Assembly: GCF_001194135.2 (NCBI RefSeq)
Contig: NC_068981.1
Location: 95,755,916-95,819,915 of the forward strand
Direction: 5' to 3'
Source: Octopus bimaculoides
Lineage: Eukaryota
DNA length: 64,000 bases
Part shown: positions 37,216-48,519 of the stretch, piece by piece
Layout of the letters: each line of letters opens with the position of its first letter
How positions within the stretch are numbered: the stretch's first letter is position 1
Notes under the pieces: model-generated
What the model saw: only the letters and a program-made list of their open reading frames with translations
What the model was told of the DNA's origin: nothing
The model's database searches: none
Translations under genes and position numbers: made by a program

Positions 37216-37493
37216 GGGAAATCCCAGAGTCAGACAGCACTTTATATGAATTTTTCTTTGATCCTGAGAAACGAAATTGGATCCCTTGGTCCAAGAAAGT
37301 ACCCCAGTACATTCATAACCCAATGGTAAAATTTAGGGAAATATTGGTGCCTACTGTTGATACTGTCCGCTGTACTTGGTTGCTTCAGCTGATGGTGGAT
37401 ATCAAACAACCAGTAGTTCTTGTTGGAGAGACAGGTACATCAAAAACTGCAAGCATATCAAACTTTCTGAGGTCCCTAGATACTGACACCCAC
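37216..37493 (+). CDS. DNAH10: Dynein heavy chain exon 16, AAA3 Walker A (LVPTVDTVR...GETGTSKT)
   Basis: AG/GTGAGT; P-loop. Confidence 0.95.
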
Positions 37494-38487
37494 GTGAGTA
37501 ACAGATGTTTTTCAAATGTCCTCCTCCTCCTCATCATTATTAACGTTTTTGTTAACATTAAAGTATGATAGATACAACAATAAGGATTGATGACTTTCTT
37601 TGTTGTTGTGTGTGCCAGTTAACGAAGGACTGCTATAGATGGCAAGATGCTGTGAGCACAGGGATAAGGTGGGGGGAAACCTGGATGTAAAATTGTGATG
37701 ATGGTGATGGCTAGTAGCACCAAACAGAAAGGCTTGATCATAATTCTCTTCATCTTCATGAGAATTTTGGCAAAGACAAATACTGATGATGGCTACCATT
37801 ATCACTACTGCTATTTGCATTGTCATATTATTATTATCCCTATCAACAGATACTAGAATATGTAAAGCATCAGGTTAAATGCAATTCAGTAGTTAGTTTC
37901 ATTACTTTTTTGTTGTGAGTTCAAATGTTACTATTCATTCTTCTGGAGTTGTAAGATAAGTACAAGTAATATACTATATTTTTCTATTGCTTAGGGAAAA
38001 GAGGAAGAGGGGGATGATGATGGTGGTGATGATGATGATGATGACGATGATGATGATGATGATGATGAGGAGGAGGAGGAGTATCTTCTACCTATGCAGA
38101 CCCTCCCACACAAATAAGAAAAAATACAGTTGATATTCAGACTGGAATTTTGTAGCTTCATACTTGCAGGAAAATGTTAGTTGGAGATAGGTTCTAGAAA
38201 AGTGAAGTTCTGAGGAGTCAGATTATGAGAGGTGTTTAAATGTGGCATTTGTGATGTGTAGGAGAAAAGAAGGGGAAGTGATAAGCAGCTTGTTAGTTCA
38301 AAGGATTAAAATCCATTATAGTTGTGGAAGAAGAGACATATACAAAAAAAAAAAAAATGTTTGTGAACTAGTAACTGTGCAGTGTTGGTGAGTAAATCTT
38401 TGTCAATTAGGTAATCATTTTTTGAGGATGCATCTTTGGATGTTGGTATGTTGGCCACTGTCCCAGAGCAGTACTCTAATGTAACTC

Positions 38488-38905
38488 CCACTTGTGCTTT
38501 GTGGGAGGCAGCTAGTTAATTACATCCCTGAAGTGCTTACCAGCACTTATTTTATTAACCCTGAAAGGATGAAAGGCAAAATTGACCTTAAAAGAATTTG
38601 AACTCAGAACATAAACCCAGAGGAAATGCCACTAAGCATTTTGTGTGGCATGCTAACAACGATTTTGCTAACTTGCTGTCTTGAATGAGTAGTGGTAGTA
38701 GTAGTAATGGTTTCAAATTTTGGCACAAGGCCAGCAAGTTCAAGGGTGAGGTTAAGTCGATTACATCGACCCCAGTCCTCAATTGGTACTTATTTTATTA
38801 ACCCTGAAAGGATGAAAGACAAAGTGGACCTCAGCAGAATTTGAACTAAGAACATAAAGGCAGACGAAATGATCCTAAGCATTATGTTTGGTGTGCCAGG
38901 CTTGC
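38488..38905 (-). mobile_element. Two tandem SINE family A copies
   Basis: Core seen twice (38555-38640, 38760-38880). Confidence 0.75.
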
Positions 38906-39242
38906 CATCGTAGTAGTTGTAGTAGTAATAATAATAATAATTATTATTAACAGAAAGTTTTTGGGATGGAGAGAGAGGGAAGCTAGTTGTTGTGGTTGTT
39001 TGTTCATGTACAAAATTTAAGCCTTGACTAACATTCCATCCTATCTTTTTACATATTTATTCTATTTCCAATGTGGCCTTAATTTCTTTTTTAAGAGCAA
39101 AGTATGATTTAAGCACACTTTGGCTGCTATCTGTAGTAGGTCAAGCAACAGTATATAGGCCTCCCCATGGTCTTGAAGGTAGTGGTTGTAAAAGATGATA
39201 TAGGGTGTTTGCAAACTATCTTTCATTCATATCTTTTTTCAG

Positions 39243-39395
39243 TTGTTGCTAAATATGAACTTCTCTAGTCGCACCACATCCCTTGATGTACAAAGGAACC
39301 TGGAAGCAAATGTGGAAAAACGGACTAAGGATACATATGGCCCTCCTCCAGGCAAACGACTCTTGATTTTCATTGATGATATGAACATGCCACAA
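39243..39395 (+). CDS. DNAH10: Dynein heavy chain exon 17 (NFSSRTTS...GKRLLIFIDDMNMPQ)
   Basis: AG/GTAAG, 51 codons, AAA3 Walker B. Confidence 0.96.
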
Positions 39396-39909
39396 GTAAG
39401 ATGTTCTCTAGTTTTCAATTTTGAATTTGAACTTTATTTTAGGTTTCTACTTATGTTAATGCATGTAATAGTTACATAAGACATATAGTGGCAATACAGA
39501 TGTGATAGATGTCCAGGTGTACTTAGCATGTATTTGTGTTCATGTGTTGGAGTGACAAGGACCATCTAGTCATTGTTGAGGATGACTGATGACTTATGCA
39601 ATGACTTTGTTTACAGTGAAGAGTTGTGCACTGTCAACCTTACTTTTTCAACCATGACCATCTTCAATCCAGTGGCAAGATCAGGTCAAGATAATTAGGG
39701 ATGGAGACATATGCAGTAGATGACCAAAATGTTTTACATGCCTCATATTGCTCTCTGTATTTCACAATGTGTTGCTGCAATTGCCTTCCCTCTGTTGAGC
39801 CATGAAGGTTTGTCTACCTATGCATGTGAAAATTGGATCCATTGGATTAAGCCTTCACATGCACAAGTAGGCAAGTCCCAATATGCTAATTGACCCATAG
39901 CTGGGACCC

Positions 39910-40130
39910 TCTGTGTGTGTGTGTATGTGTTTTACTGTCTCCTCACCTTGACATCAGATAATTTTTGTAAGCAAGTGTCACTGTCATGCAAGAGGTGCTC
40001 TTTGTTTCCAGTTTTCCAGGTAATCATGTGTGGATATGGTGAAATATTACCTTGCATGGAAACAGGTGAGGGTTGGCAACAGGAAGGGCATCCAGCTGTA
40101 CAAAATGTCTGATCCATGTGAGCATTGAAA
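39910..40130 (+). mobile_element. SINE family D 3' part (RTE-like tail)
   Basis: Matches 5130-5345 and 60460-60690. Confidence 0.65.
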
Positions 40131-41081
40131 AGTGGTTGTTTTATATTCATGTATTTTGTAGATGAAGATATTTTCAAATGAGATGTCACAACTGTGAATT
40201 AGTTCTGTGTATGTACATATATTTGCTCAATTGCTACCATTTATCATTGACCGTTCCTTTGTGTTGATGTGCCATTTTCTATCACTAATAAAACTGTTGG
40301 CATTTTTGATGACACAAATATGCTAGTAGAATATGATGGAAAAGATTTATAATCATTTACCCACAGTAGTAGTTGAATAATATTCTTAAGGCTGTAATTT
40401 ACTCATATGTAACATTTTTCAGAGCTTGTCACTAATTTAGTTCTTAACCAAATTGAAAACTGTTAACATTTTTGAAGGAAGCAGTTCCCTAGCTACATTT
40501 TGGCATTAAAAAAATTGAGATTTAGTCCAGTAGAAAAAAGTTTACATCAAAATTTGTAGCAACATTATAGGGGAGTAAGTAATGCTTCCAATCAAGTTTA
40601 GATCTAAATAACTTTTTTATTTTAAAAGCAAAATATATTTATCTTAGCTTCAATGATAGAAGAAAGCATGAGGAATTTTACAATTTTGGTCCCATACACC
40701 AAAAATCTGTATCCAAAAAGTTGTGAGGTAAAATATCATGAAAAAATATAAGGCAAAAAATTGCATTTAAGTATAATTAACTTTTTAAATTTAAAAACAA
40801 ACCATATTTTAATTAAGTTTAAATGATAGAGCTCAATTCAAGGAATTTCATGGTATCAATCTCATGCAATAAAGTTTTAAAAGAAAAAAGTTACGAGTGT
40901 TTGTTTCTGAAATTTGAGGGTGATAATATAGTTCTATACTTTTTTATGAATATAGTTCTATAAAGGGACTTTTAATATATGTCACTGGCATCGTAAGAAA
41001 AAAATTGTCAACGACACCACTAATTGACACATTTGACACATTATTAATTAGCATAATAGTATAGCCTGGTAAAAAACATGG

Positions 41082-42097
41082 ATTACATGGAAAGATGCAA
41101 GCAAGAGAAATAATATTCTTAAGAATATAAACCTGGAAAAGAACAGGGCTATTACACTTGGAAAAGTTCAGGACAAGTTATTACATCTGGTAAAATACAG
41201 AACAAGAAGACTTTTACTTAAAGTATTGCAGCTAAGGATAAAATTTGAATATTAAAAATTATTTGATTTTAATTTACAAAGTAACATTATAATTAAAAAA
41301 GGTACCATCATCATCATCATCATCATCATCGTTTAACGTCCGCTTTCCATGCTAGCATGGGTTGGACGATTTGACTGAGGACTGGTGAAACCGGATGGCA
41401 ACACCAGGCTCCAATCTAATTTGGCAGAGTTTCTACAGCTGGATGCCCTTCCTAATGCCAACCACTCAGCATTTTGTTAAAATATTAACACACAAGAATA
41501 CTTAAAAAATGAGAGCCAGAAGTACTAATATAGCTAAAGTTTTATGCAAAATAGAATATATATGGTAGGCAAATTCATTATGTAAAAAAATAGGCATTGG
41601 GTCAAGACTAAAAATGTGAAGATTTGGCAATAACTTAGGCAATAACTCAAGCAAATTTTACTGTGAATTTGTTGTTATAGGTAGATTTTACTGTTATATA
41701 TAACTAATTTTTGTTTTATTCTATTTATTGTACTAATTATGTACTACTATATTTTTTATAACTTATTTTCAAATTTCTGATTATAAATAAATAATTAAAA
41801 ACATGAATTTTTTTAAAGTGCAAAAAGATATATTTTGAGTTATTTTTTGATTTTTAATAGAAGTAACAAGTAATAACAAATAGAAGTAATAACTTGTAAT
41901 AAAATTTTTAGTTTTAATAAAAGCTAATATTTTCTAAATCTAAATATTTTATTTGAAATTTTATACTTAGCTGCAATATTTTAAGTAAAAAATTTTCTTG
42001 TTCTGCACTTTAGCAGATGTAATAACTTGCCCTGTACTTTTCCAGGTTAAAAATCTTAAGAATGTTATTTCTCTTGCTCGCATTTTTCCATGTAATT
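41082..42097. repeat. Foldback-type long inverted repeat (arms ~41082-41270 and ~41940-42097)
   Basis: GATTACATGGAAAGATGCAAGCAAGAGAAATAATATTCTTAAGA... mirrored with high similarity plus one indel. Confidence 0.8.
41305..41470 (-). mobile_element. RTE 3' tail fragment inside the foldback element
   Basis: Near identical to 30987-31150. Confidence 0.88.
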
Positions 42098-42182
42098 AAA
42101 ATATCAGTAGTTTAGAAAAAGATAGAGCATTGTTAAAGCATTAATAAACAATTTATTTTACATCTGTTTTACTATTTTATAG

Positions 42183-42508
42183 GTAGATACCTACGGTACA
42201 CAGCAACCCATAGCTCTGTTAAAGCTTCTCCTTGAAAAAGGAGGGGTGTATGACAGAGGAAAAGATTTGAACTGGAAACAGATGAAAGATATTGGATATA
42301 TTGCTGCTATGGGTAAAGCTGGAGGTGGACGCAATGAAACTGACCCTCGATTTGTGTCTTTATTCACTTCTTTTAATATGACTTTCCCGTCTGACGAATC
42401 ATTGTATGGGATATATAACTCAATCTTAAAGGGTCATGTAAAGACATTCTCTCCAGAGATACATGAAGCTTCAGCTTCTGTAACAAAGATGACATTGGCT
42501 TTGTACAA
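42183..42508 (+). CDS. DNAH10: Dynein heavy chain exon 18 (VDTYGTQQPIALLKLL...GGGRNETDPRF...LALY)
   Basis: AG/GTAAG, phase 2 end. Confidence 0.95.
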
Positions 42509-42914
42509 GTAAGCTTCTTTTTTTTTCCACTTTTATAAATGACATTATTTTTTTTTTGAATATTGGTTTGTGAAGTTCATCACATATAGCTATAAAAATA
42601 GCATGTAAATATTGGGTTGAGAGAGCTTTTGGATAGCCTTCATCTTTTTCCATCCCAGAAAGTTTTCAACCCAGTTTTACATACTATTCTTTATAGCTGC
42701 ATGTGATGAGCTTCAAGAATCACTATGCCAATAAAGAATTATTGCACATTTTCTTGAAAGCTTATTAAATTCTTTTGGTGTTAAATGACATTATATTTCT
42801 CCTAACACAACCCAGCTGTTATTGCATATCATTATGGATAATGATGCTTGTTATGTATGCATCTTTTATCTTTTACTTGTTTCAATCATTTGACTGTGAC
42901 CATGCTGGAGTACC

Positions 42915-42950
<36 letters not shown>

Positions 42951-43021
42951 TGAATAGACAAATGAAAGAAGGGCACTCAACAGGTTTATTGGGAGTTACA
43001 TGTATGGATCAAAACAGTTTG

Positions 43022-43085
43022 ATTCAAACTCCTTAGTACTCTGAGTTTCAAGCATGTGGCTAGTCTTCAGCCATTGAGTCTGAAT
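43022..43085 (-). ncRNA. Candidate type I hammerhead ribozyme with complete catalytic core
   Basis: ATTCAGACTC-AA-TGG-CTGAAGA-(14 nt)-GAAACT-CAG-AGTA-CTA-AG-GAGTTTGAAT; stems I and III pair, stem II imperfect. Confidence 0.7.
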
Positions 43086-43816
43086 GAGAGTTTGATTAGA
43101 GAGAATCAATGTTCACTGTTGGATGTTAGCCTGCAATTGATTGAGAAAGATCATGCGGTGTTGCAGTTTGATGTTGGCATTTCAGTGACAACAATTACTT
43201 GGAAAATACTGAATGGTGAACAGGAAATTGACCACATGGTCAACAGGTAAGTAGTTGTGTGGTTGGAGGGAAGTAGGAAGGGGCAGTGGATGTGGGAGTA
43301 TATAAATGTATATATGTGCACATGTATATGCCCATATACCTGCGTGTATGCATCCGTACTTATATGAGTGTGTATGTGTGCTTAGATATACATTCATACA
43401 TTCACACACATGCACACATACAAACACATGTGTGCGTGCATATGCACACACACACACACACATGCATGCACACTTTTGTCTCCATGTATATATGCACATG
43501 AGCATATGTACATACACATGCATACATGTACTCATGCATATGCACATGCATGCATGCATACTTGAGTGGTTATGTACAAAGGGTGAGAGTATGCAGGTAG
43601 ACAGGCATAAAGAAGTGTTGGGGATTGGTGATTTGTGGTGCTGTTCATGGGAGTTAGCTTGTGATGGTGACCTTGATGCAGGCGGTGCTGGGGATATACC
43701 TCCTTAGTACCAGTGTGTGCGTTAGTGTCTGTGTGTGCGTGTGTTTGTGTGTGTGCATGTGTGAGTGTACATCTATGCACACATACACACTCATATAAGT
43801 ACAGATGCATACACAT

Positions 43817-43855
<39 letters not shown>

Positions 43856-43856
<1 letters not shown>

Positions 43857-44746
43857 TAGCAGAGGCACCTGGCATTGCTCAGGAATGAAATTGTTGCTTA
43901 TATACTTGAAGAAAACAAGGCAAAATATGCTGTATAGAAATTTGAGGACATTCTGTAGATGGACTCTCAGATGAATGATGGCTGGGCGCCTCTCATGAAT
44001 GGGGAAAATTGAAGATGTGCCAAAAAGCCTCATTGGTACTTGGAAACTTTTACGAAAATTAAAATGGGGATTAAATGAAAAAAATGATTTACGTGAATAT
44101 CCTCACAANNNNNNNNNNNNNNNNNNNNNNNNNNNNNNNNNNNNNNNNNNNNNNNNNNNNNNNNNNNNNNNNNNNNNNNNNNNNNNNNNNNNNNNNNNNN
44201 NNNNNNNNNNNNNNNNNNNNNNNNNNNNNNNNNNNNNNNNNNNNNNNNNNNNNNNNNNNNNNNNNNNNNNNNNNNNNNNNNNNNNNNNNNNNNNNNNNNN
44301 NNNNNNNNNNNNNNNNNNNNNNNNNNNNNNNNNNNNNNNNNNNNNNNNNNNNNNNNNNNNNNNNNNNNNNNNNNNNNNNNNNNNNNNNNNNNNNNNNNNN
44401 NNNNNNNNNNNNNNGTATGTGTGAGAGAGCGGTGTGTATGTAGTATTTACTCTCTCTCTCTCTCTCTCATATACACGAACACACACACTCACACACAAAA
44501 TAGAGAGTGAAGCTTTTTGCTGTTATTACGTCAATACCGGAAGTTGACATTGAGGAGCCTTTTTAAAGAAGTGAATCTTAAATATAAAGCAATATTATTT
44601 ATTTTTAATTAAAAAAATCAAATGAAGAGCCTAACATTTATCCGAGGTCAAATTATTCATGCATCACAAGTATGGAAGCATTTGGTGAAGTCGATTTCAC
44701 GTGAAAAGCGATTACACACACATCTCTGTTTTATATATAGTATAGA
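43856..44746 (-). mobile_element. Non-autonomous Helitron (contains gap and microsatellites)
   Basis: Minus strand A|TCTATACTATATATAAAA 5' end; 3' hairpin CCTGAGCAATGCCAGG then CTAG|T. Confidence 0.75.
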
Positions 44747-45135
44747 TATTTATTCAGAAATGTAACTGCACATGGACTGTTGGCAATTTTTTCCTTCTTC
44801 TTTCTTTCCCTTTGGACTTTTTCTGTTTACCCTGTTTTTGATGAAGAGCTGTGCTCAAAACATAAAACAACAACTCACTTCCTTCACCAAGCATCATATT
44901 AATACATTGCTTTTGCTATGTCCTCATGTTCGTTATTTTTTCTTTTTCTTTTGAGACTTAGTGTCTTAAATTTGCCCCTTCTTTCCCATATTTCTACATT
45001 TTATGTGATGTATTCAGATAGCATATGTTTATATATGTACAAACATAAAGATGCATTAAATCCATAATGTTTATTTGTTATCTAAGTTTTTTAGTGTCTG
45101 GTAGTACAGTACCATTTATTTATTTCTTTTTATAG

Positions 45136-45343
45136 ATTTGTTGTCCAAGAATTACCTCCAACACCTTCAAAATTTCACTACATTTTTAATTTACGAGATT
45201 TGTCAAGAGTTTATAATGGTCTTTGTCGAACAATGCCAGAACGCTTTTCTGAAACTCAACAATTCCTACGGGTGTGGAGAAATGAATGTTTACGAGTTTT
45301 TGCCGATCGTTTGACAAATGAAAAGGACAAAAGTCTTGTACAA
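45136..45343 (+). CDS. DNAH10: Dynein heavy chain exon 19 (LPPTPSKFHYIFNLRDLSRV...ECLRVFADRL)
   Basis: AG/GTAAGT; LPPTPSKFHY motif. Confidence 0.96.
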
Positions 45344-46040
45344 GTAAGTTTATCTGTGAAATGTAGAGCATTGTCTGTCACTCATGAATGATTTTGATTA
45401 ATCCATTTAACCACTGTCATTTTGGTTCCTCTTTTTCATAAACTAACTTCAGTCATCTTGCAATCATTTCAATGTTGAGATTGAATACAATAGTTTTAGG
45501 AAAAAAAAAAAAGAATACTAAAATATGGCCCCAAATGTGAAAGATACTACTGATCTACTGCTAGTAGCTTTATGAAAATCACAATTTTTATTGTAACTAC
45601 AAAAATAGAGGAAATATATATTATTTTGAACTTGTTGAATCTGGAATAAGGAGCAAGCTTTTTGCAATCTGTGAGTTTAATGCCATTAATGTTCCACATA
45701 AGCTATTACAAAAAAGACATAAACTGGGAGGGAGAGCATTCTAAAGGGACAGTATTCTGGTAATAAATGGTTAGTGTGAGGCCAATGGGATGAATATATC
45801 AAAAGTAATAAGAGGTAGAAAGACAAGTGGGTTGTGAGTGTCTGAGTAGTTGAGGTATAAGACCAGCCAGCTCTGAAGAATAGAGACTATTAAAAAGTGA
45901 TAGGGAAAACAGAGAGAGAAGACAGCATGCTTGTGGACCAGAAGCTGGAGTGTATCTGATAGTGGAACAGAGTGCTTGTAGTTCAGAAGCTGGAATATGT
46001 CCATTAGTGACTACAACTAAAATTTTTTAAAGCCTTTTTC

Positions 46041-46960
46041 TACTTTGTGGTATCAAAAGGTTCTTGGACTAGTCATGTTTAATAAAAATTAACTTATTTA
46101 CCTATGTTTTAACATAATCTCCTTTGAAATAGTCACCTTGTGCAGCAATACACTGGTTCCAGCATTCTTGCCGTTTTTTGGAATCTGTCCTGAAAGTCAT
46201 TTTCTGTAAGTGAGTTGAGGACCTTCTGTGATTTGCTCTGGATCTTGACAACGATGTTAAAACAGTGACTTTTGAGCTACATTTTCATCTTGGGGAGGAT
46301 ATGGAAGTCCACAGCAACTAAATCTGGTGAACAGAGTGGGTGCGGAAGCAATACCATGTTGTTTTTGGTGAGAAACTCATGAGTGAGGAGAGGTTGGTGA
46401 CAGGATGCATTGTTGTTGTGAAGAATCCAATTCTTCACACTCCACAGATCCAGTTGCTTTCGGTGAGTATCCTCTTTGAAATGCTTCAAAATGTCAAAGT
46501 AGAACTCTCAGTTGACAGTCTGGCTCTGGGGGACAAATTCCCAATGTACAACACCACATTTCCAGGTGTGATGCTCATGGCAGGTCTTCCAGATCACTCG
46601 TCTTCCAGGGACATTCTCCGCTTTTGAAGCTCCCATGCTAGTTGAAACATTGTGTATGACCTCAATGCTTCATCACTGTCAGCTTGCCAAAGCATGCTCA
46701 ATGTCTCTGTAGCAGACTTCCCAAGTTTAATGTAAAATTTCATATTGGCCCTTTGTTCCTGTCTATGACAAAATCACAGACTACAGCATACTCATGATCA
46801 CAAAAGCACAAATTTCACAACTTGCGAAGTAATCACAGCCATATCACTCAGCACACTGCCTGAGGATCACTACTAGCTCTCGTTGTGCATACAACTGTTT
46901 GCTGCCATCTGTTGGTGTGCTACAAAACTAGTCCAGGAACTTTTTGATACCATCTTGCAC
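46041..46960 (-). mobile_element. Mariner transposon relic with internal deletion
   Basis: TIRs GGTATCAAAA.GTTC.TGGACTAG; EQRANMKFYIKLGKSATET...SGRP and PHPLCSPDLVAVDF...QCIAAQGDYF. Confidence 0.88.
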
Positions 46961-47229
46961 TTGACACAGCTGTTAGGTTGGCCAGTCTTAACACCTCACT
47001 TGTATTGGATGACAGTATAAAAGCAAAGACCAATAACAGACTAAATCCATGATACTTCTCTTGTGGCTGGCAAAGCAATAATTGACAAATAATGTGATAC
47101 TGTTTAAATAATAACGTAACACTATTCTTTACCTAGTTAACAAAGTAGTTAACTGAACAAATTTTCATAATTCTTTCTCCATTTGTAAAAATATTGTTGA
47201 CTGATCAAAGTAAACTTGAGAAGACAATC

Positions 47230-47271
47230 CTTCACTGATGAGATCTAATGTATCTGAAGCATGTTTGTAAG
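47230..47271 (+). ncRNA. Possible decayed minimal hammerhead relic
   Basis: CTTCA-CTGATGA-GATCTAATGTATC-T-GAAGC-AT-GTT-TG(T)AAG; A15.1 changed to G. Confidence 0.35.
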
Positions 47272-47811
47272 TGTTACCTTGATAACAAAAAAAAAAAAAA
47301 CAGATTTTCTCTATGAAAAAAAAAAATTTAATTTCTTGGGAAATAAGTTTTTAATGTGAAATTATTTCTTTCCTTTGAGAGTCATATCTATAAAACACTT
47401 ACCCACATAATTTCCTCCCTGTTTTTCATGCAATCTCAACTCAAATTGTTCTTGGACATCCAGTTATGCATTGCTAAAGCTAAGATGTTCGATTGTCTTT
47501 CGATCTTTTCATTCATCTGTTCACCATTAACACTTTTAATATGTATTATTATTTATGTTTATTTATTTATTTATTTGTGTATTATTTATTTACTAATATC
47601 TACGTTTGTAAGCTAATTATTTAAATTGATCCTTCAATATATAACTTCCTAAATCTCTCTCCCTCTCTCAGCCTTCGTTCCTCCTTAATTTTTCATGTAA
47701 TCTTCTAAATGGAATCCCTTCTTCTTGGCTACATATTTTTGTACCATCTTTCTAAATTAACCCTTGTTTGTTTGCTGTGCACTCACCCATTCCCACCCCC
47801 ACCACCAATAC

Positions 47812-47859
<48 letters not shown>

Positions 47860-47912
47860 CTCCACTAACACCAGATATCTCTCTCTTCCCCCACCACCAT
47901 TACCGGATATCT

Positions 47913-48382
47913 CTCTTCTCTCATCAGAAACCCTTCCCTCACTGGTGGTGTCCTCTATCAATCCTGCAATCTTCTCTCTCTCTCCCTCTCCTGGGACAAA
48001 TACAACTAGTTTAGCTGTCCACCTACTTAATTGGCTATCTTTCATCTTGACTCGAAATTTATCAACGAACTACTCTGTAATTTTCATGGATGTATCGAAG
48101 AGAAAGGGAGAGCTAATGGGCTATACATGCATGCTTGTTCTGTGTGTGTGTGCGTGCTTTGTTCTTGTGTGTGCATGCTTTTCTTGTATGTGTGTGGATG
48201 TGTGCATGCTCATTCTAATGGGTGTGATGTGTACGTGTTCGTTCTAATGGGCATGCTTGTTCCTCTCTTCTCTCACTGGAAACCCCCTCCCTCACTGGTG
48301 GTATCCCCTATCATACCTGCAATTTCCTCTCTCTCTCTCTCCTGGGACAAATGCAACTAGTTTAGCTGTCCACCAACTTAAT
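47913..48382 (+). repeat. ~118-bp direct repeat x2 (47913-48031, 48265-48382)
   Basis: GAAACCC..CCCTCACTGGTGGT...CTCCTGGGACAAAT.CAACTAGTTTAGCTGTCCACC.ACTTAAT twice. Confidence 0.8.
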
Positions 48383-48393
48383 CTAACATTGGC

Positions 48394-48501
48394 ATCTTCT
48401 TCTTCTTCTTCTTCTTCTTCTTCTTCTTCTTCTTCTTCTTCTTCTTCTTCTTCTTCTTCTTCTTCTTCTTCTTCTCCTCCTCCTCCTCCTCCTCCTCCTC
48501 C
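48394..48501. repeat. (TCT)n(CCT)n compound microsatellite
   Basis: Read directly. Confidence 0.95.
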
Positions 48502-48519
48502 TTTATCTATCTTTATTGA

